In this document: piece by piece, positions 33,177 through 43,448 of the stretch
How positions within the stretch are numbered: position 1 is the stretch's first letter
How the letters are laid out: each line of letters starts with the position of its first letter
IMG/VR virus record: IMGVR_UViG_3300017991_000051
Location: 32,001 to 96,000 of that record
Direction: 5' to 3' (one strand)
DNA: 64,000 nucleotides
Source: a virus
Translations under genes and position numbers: made by a program
The notes under the pieces: generated by a model
Seen by the model: only the letters and a program-made list of their open reading frames with translations
The model's database searches: none
Told to the model about the DNA's origin: nothing

Positions 33177-34242
33177 GCCATTCGGCGAGCACCTTATCCG
33201 TGTCCGGCCGTTTCAGCAGGTCCGTCAGGAACTGATGCTCTCTCGACGTCGGCGGATGATACTTCTGGATACAGCTCTCCATCGTCTGGTGCTCCGTCGT
33301 CGCCTGCGCCTTGCCGTCATCCCACACAATACGGGAGGAGACAGGCTTTGGCCACAGGTAGGCGCGGCCGGCGATGGCCGCCTCCAGACGTGGTACCACA
33401 TCCAGTACCTCCGCCAGGTACTCAACGACTACGACGGGCTGCTGGTTGTCCACGTCCGGCTCCAGCTTAGCCTCCGTGAGGATGCCAACCACTGCGTCCA
33501 GCTCCGATGCTTGATTGATCGTGTACTTGATGTACTGCCGGCTCTTCAGCGGGATCCGCTCCACGGAGAGTCCCGCGATATCATGATGTTTAACGTCCAA
33601 GAACGACTTCTCAGTCGGCTCATCGATCTTACACAAGTACATGGATCCACTATACCACCCACGTCCGCCCGGTATGCCGAAGGTCACGGGCTCGTGGAAG
33701 TCGCCGAGGAACAGATACTTGATCGTCGACGGCAGGCAACTGGCATCGAAATCCCAACGCCCCTCCATGGGGAACACCTCGCGCGCCAGCTGATGGCCTA
33801 CCAAGCCAACCGCCGTCGACGGGATGTTGAGATCGTTCTTGATCACCTCCGGGTTGGCTATACGATCGAACGCATAGAACTCGGGGCCGTCTGGGATGGG
33901 ATGGAACGTTTTACCGCTGACGTACTGTACGTATGAGTGCAGAGACACAGGCCACGGCGGTGTCGCCATGTCGTGCTGTCCCTGAATCGCGTACACGGGC
34001 AGCTCGTTCTCCTCCATAGTATCCATACTGGCGCGGAATACCTCGACGGACCGGGAGTCCGGGTGTTCGCTGTTGAACAGGTCGCCCATCATCATCAGCG
34101 CGCGGTTATGCTGCACGCAGTAGGCGATAATCTGGACGAGCGCACTATACGCATCGCCATGTATCTCAGGACGCCGCGCCCACGTCTGCGGACGTAGATG
34201 CTGGTCACCCGAGAAGACGCACCCTTCTATCTTCTTGCTCAT
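33145..34242 (-). CDS. sbcD: SbcD/Mre11 (gp47-like) nuclease
   Basis: GDQHL, GDLFN, GQHD, LGDFH, YSGS. Confidence 0.88.
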   Translation of the reverse strand: MSKKIEGCVFSGDQHLRPQTWARRPEIHGDAYSALVQIIAYCVQHNRALMMMGDLFNSEHPDSRSVEVFRASMDTMEENELPVYAIQGQHDMATPPWPVSLHSYVQYVSGKTFHPIPDGPEFYAFDRIANPEVIKNDLNIPSTAVGLVGHQLAREVFPMEGRWDFDASCLPSTIKYLFLGDFHEPVTFGIPGGRGWYSGSMYLCKIDEPTEKSFLDVKHHDIAGLSVERIPLKSRQYIKYTINQASELDAVVGILTEAKLEPDVDNQQPVVVVEYLAEVLDVVPRLEAAIAGRAYLWPKPVSSRIVWDDGKAQATTEHQTMESCIQKYHPPTSREHQFLTDLLKRPDTDKVLAEWREKMGVTLAA

Positions 34243-35128
34243 ATACCTTCCTCTTCTGGAACCTGATTGTATGTTGTTTCAGTTTGGTAAATCCGTGCTC
34301 GCGCGCAATAAGCCCCTCGAACGCCGTGTGCAGCCGCATCAGGCTGCTGGCGGGGAGCGTGTTGTACAACAGTGCCGGCGGGTAATCCATATACTCAGCC
34401 AGGATCTGCTGCAGCGCATCCTCCGTCGCCGGATAGTATTTCCAGCTTCCTGCAACGCCCAGTTTCTCGCGGGCGTCCCACAATTCGTCCTTGTCTTCCT
34501 TGAGCGCGACGATCACCGCGTTCGCCACCCATATGTGCGGCGCCGCGGTCAGCTGCCGCGGAAGCGAGAGGACTTTGTCGCACTTCCACGTATTCCATCG
34601 GGAATCGTATAGCCGTGTAAGGCACTCGCGTACCTCATCGATCTGCTCCTCACACGGTATCGGATCGTCCGCGAACGGCGTGGCTATGATCCTTAGTACC
34701 GCCAGCTGAGACCCGTACTGGAGTACGGATCTCAGCGTGCAGTATGTTTTCAACAGTCTTCGATACCAGCAGCCTGGACATAACCAGTACCGCTGGCAGG
34801 TGTGATGTACGACGTTACCGTTCTCAGCGCGTTCAGTGACGTTGGGGAGACTGCAGCCGAGCATCCTGCTCACCACATGCTCCGGCAGCATCTTGGATAT
34901 ACGGCCGACCGCCTTGCGGAAGTACGTCCGGCTTACCAATCGCTCCCGTGCCATCGTCGCAAAGTAGCCGTTGTGTATCTGCACCGCCTCCTCCAGCTCA
35001 GCCGTCGGATGCGTTACCAGCTGCTTTACCTGCGCATGCCCATAATGAATCCGGCCGTAAACCGCTCGATGCAGTTTCCGGTGGTATGGTTGCGCGTCCT
35101 TGACGCCGATGACGATAACGTTCGACAT
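34205..35128 (-). CDS. hypothetical protein with a Rep-like Cys motif
   Basis: HTCQRYWLCPGCWYRR. Confidence 0.6.
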   Translation of the reverse strand: MSNVIVIGVKDAQPYHRKLHRAVYGRIHYGHAQVKQLVTHPTAELEEAVQIHNGYFATMARERLVSRTYFRKAVGRISKMLPEHVVSRMLGCSLPNVTERAENGNVVHHTCQRYWLCPGCWYRRLLKTYCTLRSVLQYGSQLAVLRIIATPFADDPIPCEEQIDEVRECLTRLYDSRWNTWKCDKVLSLPRQLTAAPHIWVANAVIVALKEDKDELWDAREKLGVAGSWKYYPATEDALQQILAEYMDYPPALLYNTLPASSLMRLHTAFEGLIAREHGFTKLKQHTIRFQKRKVYEQEDRRVRLLG

Positions 35129-35131
35129 TCG

Positions 35132-35392
35132 TTATGCTCGCAACCGCTCTCTCGCGGCCTGTACCATCACACGTGCATCCGCCAGCATGGACTTGGCAGC
35201 GACCACGCTGTACGTCACCACCTTTACGAGGATCGGAAACGTCGACATGGCTACGGCTGCCACCAAGATGGGGATGGCTATGAAATCAACGGCGTACTGC
35301 AGAAACCATCCGATGACGAGAGCCACGGATGCCATACGCAGTACCAGTACGCTAAGGCGTTCGTTATCAACTTGAGGGTTGCTTGTGTACAT
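35132..35392 (-). CDS. membrane protein
   Basis: Two hydrophobic helices; AGGAGG RBS. Confidence 0.65.
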   Translation of the reverse strand: MYTSNPQVDNERLSVLVLRMASVALVIGWFLQYAVDFIAIPILVAAVAMSTFPILVKVVTYSVVAAKSMLADARVMVQAARERLRA

Positions 35393-35717
35393 TATCCTCC
35401 TCCTTCTTCTTATCAGATGTGTCATCGATCGCTGTCTGCTTGTGAAGCTGCTGGACGGTCTCGAGCAACAACGAGCCGAGATGGTGTGACATCTTCGGCA
35501 ACTGCACCTGCATACCAGTCGTGGTCACAAATGCGTCCCCATCCGGTTGACACCGCCAGACGCCGACTGGCAACGACGCTCCCGCCGAGGGCGGAAGGTC
35601 CCAGTCTACGATGATGGCAATGGAACGGATTTCCCTGTGCTGCTTGATTAACCGATCAGCCGACTCCTCCAGCTCACGAACGATGATTTGATCGAATCGC
35701 TCGGTCTTGTCGGTCAT
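35367..35717 (-). CDS. hypothetical protein
   Basis: GGAGGAGG RBS. Confidence 0.65.
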   Translation of the reverse strand: MTDKTERFDQIIVRELEESADRLIKQHREIRSIAIIVDWDLPPSAGASLPVGVWRCQPDGDAFVTTTGMQVQLPKMSHHLGSLLLETVQQLHKQTAIDDTSDKKKEEDNVHKQPSS

Positions 35718-35910
35718 GGTGTGTGGTTCCTCCTCCACAGTCGTCACTACTAACACCGCTGAATACGATGTTGATAGCCACGATGATGATGACTGATCCG
35801 CATAACAGAAGCCCTCCCGTCGCTCGCGCGCTTGGCACGAAAAGAAGGACCAAGCCGATCAGCATCAGCATGGCGATAATGTAGTTCAGTTGCGGTGGCA
35901 AGTCAAACAT
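35674..35910 (-). CDS. small membrane protein
   Basis: Two hydrophobic helices. Confidence 0.55.
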   Translation of the reverse strand: MFDLPPQLNYIIAMLMLIGLVLLFVPSARATGGLLLCGSVIIIVAINIVFSGVSSDDCGGGTTHHDRQDRAIRSNHRS

Positions 35911-35914
35911 TTTA

Positions 35915-36103
35915 TCATCTTTCTTCTGTAACGACCTTCGTGCCCGGGGACTCCACAGGACGCAGTCTCGGCGCGGGCGTAACCGGCCGGGTGTGCGGAT
36001 GCAAAGTACCCATCCGGTACGTCGGTCGGGGTAGTTGTGGTGTTGGTATGATCTTCTTCCGTTGAAGATAATGCGTAACGCTCCGATTAAGATGTACGCT
36101 CAT
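35915..36103 (-). CDS. small hypothetical protein
   Basis: AAGGAGG RBS. Confidence 0.5.
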   Translation of the reverse strand: MSVHLNRSVTHYLQRKKIIPTPQLPRPTYRMGTLHPHTRPVTPAPRLRPVESPGTKVVTEER

Positions 36104-36284
36104 GACGTCCCTCCTTATGGTAAGAGGTTATCCTATGCAGCACCCAGAAGTCGAGCAAATCCGTTGAGAATTAACTTGATCAGGTAGGCGAATGCACGTA
36201 TTATGGGTTCGATGATGCCCTTCCACAGGGCACGTAGCCAGCATTGATAGAATTCTACGTCTGTCATTTTGGCTCTATTATAGC

Positions 36285-38138
36285 ATGAATGCCGATATTG
36301 AAAGCAAGAAATCGGCTGAAACACCGGAGGAGGTATTTCAAGCCGCGCGAGCGTTGCTACACGCAACGACTGTGTCCGATGGTGATTTTAACTCAACTCA
36401 TTACAACTCTCATGTTGATGCGTTGGCTACACTGTACGCGACAGGCAAGCTGGCATCGCTGGTCCCCATCCTCCCGCTGTTGCTGAAGCTCAAGGGCCAA
36501 CCATACAGTCTGCGCAACCACTTTCCAATGGAGCCGATGTTCTCTCTCAAGATGCCTCGTAGTTTCGTGTTCAAGTGCGGGCGGCAGGTATCAAAGAGTA
36601 CCACGCTCGGAGCACAAGGCTGTATCCAAGCCGCCGTCATCCCGTACTTTTCTTCGTTATACGTCGCGCCCCGCTTTGAGCAGACGCGACGCTTCTCCAA
36701 CAATTACGTAAAGCCTTTCCTCATCAACACACCGCTGGGCGACGCCATCCTCTCGAAGAAGGACGAGCAATCCGTGCTCCAGCGGTCGTTCAGAAACGGT
36801 TCGACACTCCACTTCTCATTCGCCTTCCTCGATCCCGACCGTGTCCGTGGTATCTCCGCCGACCAGTGCCGGTACGACGAGGTACAGGACTTGGACACGG
36901 ACTTCATCCCCATCATCAACGAAACGCTGTCCGCCAGTGAGTACGATATGCGGCAGTACACCGGCACGCCGAAGACCTTCGACAACACCCTGCAGGGGCT
37001 ATGGGAGCGATCGTCGCAGGCGGAGTGGATCATCCAATGCAGTTGCGGCTACTGGAACATCGCCACCGTCGAGTTCGATCTCCTGCGGATGATCCAGAAG
37101 AACGGCCTCAGCTGCGCAAAGTGCGATCGCTTGATCGACTCATCGACCGGTCACTGGGAACACCGGTTCCCGGAGAAGCGGTTCACCTACGCCGGCTACC
37201 ACGTCCCGCAGCCGGTGATGCCCATGCACTACCTCCCCAACCCGAAGACGGGGATGATGGACAAATGGGCCGACCTGTGGGCGGCGAAGAACACGCTGAC
37301 GAAAGCCGAGCTGTACAACGAAAAACTGGGTGAATCGTGCGATGTTCGGGTCAGCCTCGTCACGAAGACCGACCTGCAGAGCGCTTCGGTACTTAGGCAC
37401 GCCAATGAGTATAAGGCGGCGCTGAAGCTGCGGGACCAGTATACCACGTGCACAATGGGCGTCGACTGGGGCGGTGGCGGAGAGAAGGGCATCAGCCACA
37501 CGGCTATCGCCATCCTCGGCCACAGGCCCAATGGACAAATCGATGTCATCTACGGAGAGCGCCTTGTCAATATAACGGATCCGGCGGAGGAGGTCGCACT
37601 CATCCTCCACTACTACCGCGCGTTCCGCTGCTCCCTCCTCGCTCACGACTTCTGCGGGGCTGGCGCTATACGGGAAACGCTCCTGATTCAGGCCGGCTTC
37701 CCCATACGGCAGGTGTTTAACGCCGCCTACGTGCGGGCTACGGCCGCCGCCATGGTCACCTTCAAGCCACCTACCGGCTCGTCCGCGCGCTGGCAGTATA
37801 CGGTTGATAAGGCGCGGAGTCTCGTCCTCCTCTGCCAGCTGATCAAGCACGGCCATTATCGCTTCCCGCGCTTTGAAACATGGGAGAGTTTGGCCGATGA
37901 CTTCCTCGCGCTGGTGGAGGATAAGCACTCGATGGCTCGCGGCGCGGACATCTATCTCGTCACCTGCAAGGCGAACCGTTCAGACGACTTCGCACACGCC
38001 GTCAACTACGCGTCGCTGTGCCAGTGGCATGTCACGAGGAAATATCCGGACTTGGCGTCCAGGATTGGGATCCGGATTACTGCGGCGCAAGAAGCTGAGC
38101 TGAGTCCGGAAGATCTTGGTGCGACGGAAACGCTTTAA
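36285..38138 (+). CDS. terminase large subunit (lambda gpA-like)
   Basis: KCGRQVSKST, RVRGISAD..YDEVQD, GTPKT, Zn motif, nuclease MGVDWGGG and DDFAHA. Confidence 0.9.
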   Translation: MNADIESKKSAETPEEVFQAARALLHATTVSDGDFNSTHYNSHVDALATLYATGKLASLVPILPLLLKLKGQPYSLRNHFPMEPMFSLKMPRSFVFKCGRQVSKSTTLGAQGCIQAAVIPYFSSLYVAPRFEQTRRFSNNYVKPFLINTPLGDAILSKKDEQSVLQRSFRNGSTLHFSFAFLDPDRVRGISADQCRYDEVQDLDTDFIPIINETLSASEYDMRQYTGTPKTFDNTLQGLWERSSQAEWIIQCSCGYWNIATVEFDLLRMIQKNGLSCAKCDRLIDSSTGHWEHRFPEKRFTYAGYHVPQPVMPMHYLPNPKTGMMDKWADLWAAKNTLTKAELYNEKLGESCDVRVSLVTKTDLQSASVLRHANEYKAALKLRDQYTTCTMGVDWGGGGEKGISHTAIAILGHRPNGQIDVIYGERLVNITDPAEEVALILHYYRAFRCSLLAHDFCGAGAIRETLLIQAGFPIRQVFNAAYVRATAAAMVTFKPPTGSSARWQYTVDKARSLVLLCQLIKHGHYRFPRFETWESLADDFLALVEDKHSMARGADIYLVTCKANRSDDFAHAVNYASLCQWHVTRKYPDLASRIGIRITAAQEAELSPEDLGATETL

Positions 38139-40728
38139 CGATCCACTGGTTCCACGCTGTCGGCCGGATATACACGTAGCGCTCCTGCACGCTCTGTAAC
38201 GCACCGGCGTTGTCGAACGCCTCCAAGAACACATCGTTATCCGGCAGCTCGTACCCCAAGCTTGTCAGCGTCTTCAGCAGGGTCTGCAGGCGCAGCCCCA
38301 CCGGCTCACCCTTCTTCTTCGCAAAGCGTATAATGGACCATCGTGACTTAGGAAACTGTCCGCGATGCTTCCCGATCAAGCGCATGAGGGTAAGAATCAG
38401 GCGGTACGACGCCGAGTAGTTGCTGTCGTCATCACCATAGGTAAGAAGCCCGTCAGCCTCCACCAGCACGCTGATATCGAATTCCTTATACGTATCAGCC
38501 GCCCACGCGCTAAGGCTGTTGAATACGGCCTTCAACGTGGATTGACGGACCGGCAGGTTATGGTCATGATACTGTAACCACTTCAGATAGTAGCTGATGA
38601 TGGAGTCACCGCCGTCGAAAGCGCTCCCGTTGTAGGTCAGCTTCTCCATCCCAGACATAAACACCCAGTTCTCGTACAAGGATCCGGTGGTCACGACCTG
38701 CTTCGACACGGGGATGATGACGTTCGCCTGCGTACCCGTCTTCAGCCACGAACGAATCGTCTTCACGTATGCGGGAGCCGCATCCACCACCACCGGTACC
38801 GGATGCTCCGCGGCCGCCGCCTCCGCGGCTTTAACGTCCCCCGTGCGCGTCAGCCGGAACGTTCTGAGGTTGAACTTCTCCACAAACCAACGTATGACGG
38901 GATGCCTATGCGCCGTCGGCGTCGCTACGCCCATGCTGATCATGGGCCAGTTCTTCAACGAGCTGAGAAGGTTGTGCGCGATGACGGCCAACACCGCCCA
39001 ATGAGCTGCCGTCACCCCGTCGTTAGACATGATACACTTCTTCGGCGCAAGCTTCTCGGCGTATGTCAGTCCCGAGCAGGGCAGATCCAGCGGCGCTGAA
39101 AACGCCTGCAGCTGCTCTACACTGCCCTCCCGCACGCGGAAGTTGGGGAACGACCACCACTCCTGCTTAGCGTTCCAGCCGATCGTTTCGTCGACGATGG
39201 TGATCGCCGGCTGGTAGATCAGCTTCCCGATGTCGTACAGCTTGTGCTGCCACGAGCGATGTATGTAGGATGTCCCAGCGCCGGCGTCCAATACCGTGTT
39301 CTCGACCCACTCGGCCGGCTTCTTCGTTATAGTCCGTACGTCCTCGTCGAACGGTACCTCCTTATCCCCCATCATGATCTTCCCCTGACAGCGTGTGGTA
39401 CCCGCCTTCGTATAGCGCAGGAGACGCTGGGGGATGATCTTCACCGACGAGATACGAAAGGCGTCCGACGTACCCTTGGACAGGTACAGCCCGTCATCCT
39501 TCTCCTCGATCGTCTTCCCCTCGAAATTGATGGTGCGTATAACTTGGCTGGCCGGCATCAGGTCGTGGAAGATCGTACGCTCGCGACTGTCGCAAAGTGC
39601 CAATAGCTGGTCCCTATACGCTTGGTTCAGGTCACTGGTGAGGAGCAGGCCCCGCGCCTCCGGATTGGTCTTGATGTAGTCCTTGAACACCTCAACGGCC
39701 GGCTTCGCGCTCTGTTCCATCATCGCCAGGAACTTCGCGGGTCCCGTACGCGCCAGCTTGGCCGTGATCTTCTTCGGGTCCTCTTCCGGATGCCACGTGG
39801 GTGCCGTCGCGATCATGGCATTCGACCGGCCTAACCGGAAGATATTCTGGAACATCTCCACACTCGGACGCCAGTCCCAGAAGATGATACGTGAGGCGTC
39901 GAGCACATTCCACGCGTAATCGGTGTTCGCACCCCACGCCACGACCGGAGGCGCGTCCGAACTACCGCGTACCACTCGGTAGTTGATGTGGATCTGGAGG
40001 GCCAGCAACGCGTCTCCCAACGCGTATACGGTGGGTGTCCCCGGCCGTATTCGGTCGAGAAACGCCAGCCCGTCGTCGTGATACTCGGTATCGCCACCGG
40101 GCCGGATGTTCAGTTCCTTGTAGTACTGCTTGCCGTGATTGGCCAGAAAATGATAGCCGCGGGCTCTCCCCGGCATGTCCTGAAACGGCACGACCAGCGC
40201 GTACCCTTTCATGCTCGTGATCGAGGACGTGGGCAGCAGCGCAACGTCTTCCTTATGCGCGCCCCCCAGCAGGCCCTCCGTCTTGACGGGGTGCCCAGTA
40301 TACGCCCCCCACGCCATCAACAGGTTTCTGACCGGCGCCTCAAGACCGTCAACACGGCCCTGTGCCGCCTCCCAGAAGCGTTTGTAGGCCTCACGTTCCG
40401 GCCACAACACGTTCACGTAGTAGTCGATAGTGGTCCGATCGGCCTGCAAAAACAGGTTCTGATCGCGCATTTCCTCTATGGCGGCCTCCACCGTCGGGAG
40501 CTGCTTGACCGTCTTGTACAGCTCGACTGGGGCGCCTACGACGCGGCAGTTCATGCAGTGATGCCAGCGCTTCTCGACCGGATCCGAACAAATGTGAAAT
40601 TCTTGCTGGTCACACGCCGGACACTTTGCTATATTTGGTGTTGAAGATGTCTTGACTTTTACGTCGATTGCGCGTAGAAAAGTATCATCGTTCACAAAGG
40701 TGTTAATTGACTTAGGAGGAACAGCCAT
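38077..40728 (-). CDS. large protein with an N-terminal primase-like Zn finger
   Basis: 883 aa; CPAC...HCMNC; no intact Walker A seen. Confidence 0.7.
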   Translation of the reverse strand: MAVPPKSINTFVNDDTFLRAIDVKVKTSSTPNIAKCPACDQQEFHICSDPVEKRWHHCMNCRVVGAPVELYKTVKQLPTVEAAIEEMRDQNLFLQADRTTIDYYVNVLWPEREAYKRFWEAAQGRVDGLEAPVRNLLMAWGAYTGHPVKTEGLLGGAHKEDVALLPTSSITSMKGYALVVPFQDMPGRARGYHFLANHGKQYYKELNIRPGGDTEYHDDGLAFLDRIRPGTPTVYALGDALLALQIHINYRVVRGSSDAPPVVAWGANTDYAWNVLDASRIIFWDWRPSVEMFQNIFRLGRSNAMIATAPTWHPEEDPKKITAKLARTGPAKFLAMMEQSAKPAVEVFKDYIKTNPEARGLLLTSDLNQAYRDQLLALCDSRERTIFHDLMPASQVIRTINFEGKTIEEKDDGLYLSKGTSDAFRISSVKIIPQRLLRYTKAGTTRCQGKIMMGDKEVPFDEDVRTITKKPAEWVENTVLDAGAGTSYIHRSWQHKLYDIGKLIYQPAITIVDETIGWNAKQEWWSFPNFRVREGSVEQLQAFSAPLDLPCSGLTYAEKLAPKKCIMSNDGVTAAHWAVLAVIAHNLLSSLKNWPMISMGVATPTAHRHPVIRWFVEKFNLRTFRLTRTGDVKAAEAAAAEHPVPVVVDAAPAYVKTIRSWLKTGTQANVIIPVSKQVVTTGSLYENWVFMSGMEKLTYNGSAFDGGDSIISYYLKWLQYHDHNLPVRQSTLKAVFNSLSAWAADTYKEFDISVLVEADGLLTYGDDDSNYSASYRLILTLMRLIGKHRGQFPKSRWSIIRFAKKKGEPVGLRLQTLLKTLTSLGYELPDNDVFLEAFDNAGALQSVQERYVYIRPTAWNQWIVKAFPSHQDLPDSAQLLAPQ

Positions 40729-41977
40729 GGATTACCTCGCTGATACCAGTCTACAGAAACTGCATATTCTTCGCAAGCAATTTCTGGATGGTGACTTACC
40801 AGCTTTCATTAAGAATGCGAATATAGCAGAGGAGAAGCCGGATGTCAACGCTCCTCTCGGCATTTTTGGTGATCCCGTCAAGCGGGAGTTTCCGTGTCAT
40901 ACGAAGGTCGCGACATGGCTTTCCTGTCTCTACTTCTGGGGCAGCAAACACAATGACGAACAGTGGGAGAGTTCCTACCCGCAGGAGAAGGCCGCCAATC
41001 GTCTCGAGAAGGCAGCCAAGTTCTGGGGCGTACTTCCCGCCGTCAAGCAGTTCATCGACGTGATGGAGAAGAAGAGTGAGGCACCGAACCGGCGTCTCAC
41101 GGATGACGACTACGCACTGGTAGTCAACTACGGGTCCGAACGGGTCCGACGCTTCCCCATCGTCAACGCCGCAACGGTGAAGAAGGCAGCCGCCAACCTC
41201 CGGCGCTACCGGGTCAGCTACCCATATGCATGGCGGAAGAAGGCCGCACGGAACATCCTCGAGAAGGCAATGGCGTTCGACGCAAGTGTCGGTGCCGATG
41301 ACCTCGACTATCTCCTGAAAGCCTCCGGCGCCTACATGGCGGAGCCACAGGATATCGCACTCCGCTTACGTATACGGGCCCACGTATTCCCCGATGAGAT
41401 CCGTGACAGGATGCGCAAGGCAGCGGATGCGGTAGAGGATGGGCAGTCACCGAAGATCGATGTACTGTGCAACCTCCTCGACGCCGCCGACCGGCAGTGC
41501 AAGAAGTACGCGCTGTACAACGACGGTATGCCGATGCCGGAAGAAGTATGCTACGCCGGCATGGCCGAGAAGGCCGCAGCCGCCGAGGTTCCCGTTGTCC
41601 AACTGACCACGGGCACGACCTTCACCCTCGACGCGATCAAGGACGCAGGCCTCGAGCCCTTTACGGCTCTGAAATCCGACTACGTGACTGAGCTGGCAGC
41701 CAACGATAAGGGCGATCTCGATATGGATAAGGTCGCCGCCATTCTTCCCACAATTCCGCGGGACGATGCGACGCTGTTGGAAAAAGCTTTCAAGGCCGTG
41801 GGCGTGACGCCGGCGGAGAAGGAAGCTGCACGTGATACCCAAAGGGATTTCTCCATGCGGGGTATCATCGAAGTGTTCGGCCAGCCCGACAACGACTTCA
41901 GCGGTGTCTTCAAGCTTCGCCATGGTGAGGACGTGCACGAGGATCTCCGTAAGAAACAAGAAGCCATGAACAGCTAA
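40727..41977 (+). CDS. hypothetical (head-morphogenesis-associated?) protein
   Basis: AGGAGG RBS, 416 aa, same strand as the terminase. Confidence 0.7.
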   Translation: MDYLADTSLQKLHILRKQFLDGDLPAFIKNANIAEEKPDVNAPLGIFGDPVKREFPCHTKVATWLSCLYFWGSKHNDEQWESSYPQEKAANRLEKAAKFWGVLPAVKQFIDVMEKKSEAPNRRLTDDDYALVVNYGSERVRRFPIVNAATVKKAAANLRRYRVSYPYAWRKKAARNILEKAMAFDASVGADDLDYLLKASGAYMAEPQDIALRLRIRAHVFPDEIRDRMRKAADAVEDGQSPKIDVLCNLLDAADRQCKKYALYNDGMPMPEEVCYAGMAEKAAAAEVPVVQLTTGTTFTLDAIKDAGLEPFTALKSDYVTELAANDKGDLDMDKVAAILPTIPRDDATLLEKAFKAVGVTPAEKEAARDTQRDFSMRGIIEVFGQPDNDFSGVFKLRHGEDVHEDLRKKQEAMNS

Positions 41978-42008
41978 TCCGCGTGCCGGGGAGGAGGCAA
42001 GTTCCACC

Positions 42009-42734
42009 ATGCCATTCGCTAGTGACCTCAAGCGAAAGGAAGTCGCAGGCTGGTGGTCCAATCCCAACACATTCGGAACCGCGCTACTTGCGCTCGCCAT
42101 CGACGAGTTTGGTACCGAATGCTTCGGATGGGAACCTGAGACCATCAGGATGGAGGTACAGGATACCTACCATATCACCCTCCCGCAGGCTAATATGGAC
42201 AAGCTCATGGCGATGATCACCGCCCTGAGTACCAACCTCTTCTACGTCTCCGTCGAGTCCTTCACGCATATTGCCAACGCGCTAAATGATTCGGAAGCCG
42301 ACTTCTATACGTGGGATCCCGTCGACGCCGACGAGGCGGCATGGGCCATCACGGAGGTGGCGCTGTCCGACGCACCGCGGCCGCGGGAGTCCTTCGAAGA
42401 TCGCTTCTCCCACGATGTACGCCGTTACGTAGGCGTCATAGTCACCGATGAGGGTATCGTATCGCCGCCCGACGTACTCGGTATCGCGGAGATGGATCCC
42501 TCGGTGCAGAAGGCAGCGGACGTCACGTTCGCCGACGATCCGTCGATGTTCGCCGGCTTCTACCGGCTCAGCCAGGAGAAGGCGAACGACGTCACCCAGT
42601 ATGTGAGAAAGAGAACCGCTGCGCTGCTTAACCAGCTACAACGGCTCCCCCTCCAAAATCGCGATGAGAAGACGTGGAGTAAGTTCCTCGATCGGGCCCA
42701 GCACAGTAAAGCACTCTCCGGCATTGCCGGCTAA
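42009..42734 (+). CDS. hypothetical protein
   Basis: GGAGGAGG RBS, 241 aa. Confidence 0.75.
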   Translation: MPFASDLKRKEVAGWWSNPNTFGTALLALAIDEFGTECFGWEPETIRMEVQDTYHITLPQANMDKLMAMITALSTNLFYVSVESFTHIANALNDSEADFYTWDPVDADEAAWAITEVALSDAPRPRESFEDRFSHDVRRYVGVIVTDEGIVSPPDVLGIAEMDPSVQKAADVTFADDPSMFAGFYRLSQEKANDVTQYVRKRTAALLNQLQRLPLQNRDEKTWSKFLDRAQHSKALSGIAG

Positions 42735-42767
42735 TCGCGCCTCTGCCTCTCATACTCCGGCTGTTGC

Positions 42768-43043
42768 TCATCGTTTCTTCCGTTTCTTATGCTTGGCCTT
42801 GTAACGACTTTCCCGGCTTTTCAACCGTTCGATCTCGTTACACGCTTCCGTCGTCGTCATGTACTTATGGTCGGGCACCCACGTCTTCTCGGACGCGATC
42901 CATACTCGGAACTCCATCCGGATCCGGCCGCTGCCGGGCGCATCCTCCATCCTCGAGTTGGCGAACCGCTTGCTCCACGCACCCGCAGGCATCGCGATCG
43001 CCAGCTCGTTGTACTCCTTCACCACGTCCGCTGAACGTCTCAT
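42768..43043 (-). CDS. hypothetical protein
   Basis: 91 aa. Confidence 0.6.
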   Translation of the reverse strand: MRRSADVVKEYNELAIAMPAGAWSKRFANSRMEDAPGSGRIRMEFRVWIASEKTWVPDHKYMTTTEACNEIERLKSRESRYKAKHKKRKKR

Positions 43044-43255
43044 ACTATCCCCTTTATCAGCCGCTTACGTCCCCGGCTCGTAGCCTTGGGAAGCAGCCCC
43101 TTCTTCCGTGCCTTCGCAATCTGGTATGCGAGCGAGGCCGACGATATGCCGAGATCGCGCGCTAAGTCACGCTGGATGGCAATACCCTGCTCGGTGGAAT
43201 CAACCACACGCCGCAGCGTTGCCAACGACAGCGTCTTCGTCTGTTTCGACGTCAT
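43040..43255 (-). CDS. small HTH DNA-binding protein
   Basis: QRDLARDLGISSASLAYQIAKARKKGLL. Confidence 0.7.
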   Translation of the reverse strand: MTSKQTKTLSLATLRRVVDSTEQGIAIQRDLARDLGISSASLAYQIAKARKKGLLPKATSRGRKRLIKGIV

Positions 43256-43448
43256 CCGGATCCTCCTTCACAAAGTCGATGACCGCATGCTCCACGATGT
43301 CGTAACCACGGTCCACCAGTTTCTGTTCGAGTACGCGCAGGCGACCGAGATCGCTGATTCCAAAACAGTCTGCGTTTACCACCGCGTTGAATAGCTGACG
43401 ATACTCCTTCTGCAGCTCCTCATCCGTCCGATCCTTTATCCCCGACAT
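43200..43448 (-). CDS. hypothetical protein
   Basis: MSGIKDRTDEEL..., AAGGAGG RBS. Confidence 0.6.
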   Translation of the reverse strand: MSGIKDRTDEELQKEYRQLFNAVVNADCFGISDLGRLRVLEQKLVDRGYDIVEHAVIDFVKEDPDDVETDEDAVVGNAAACG

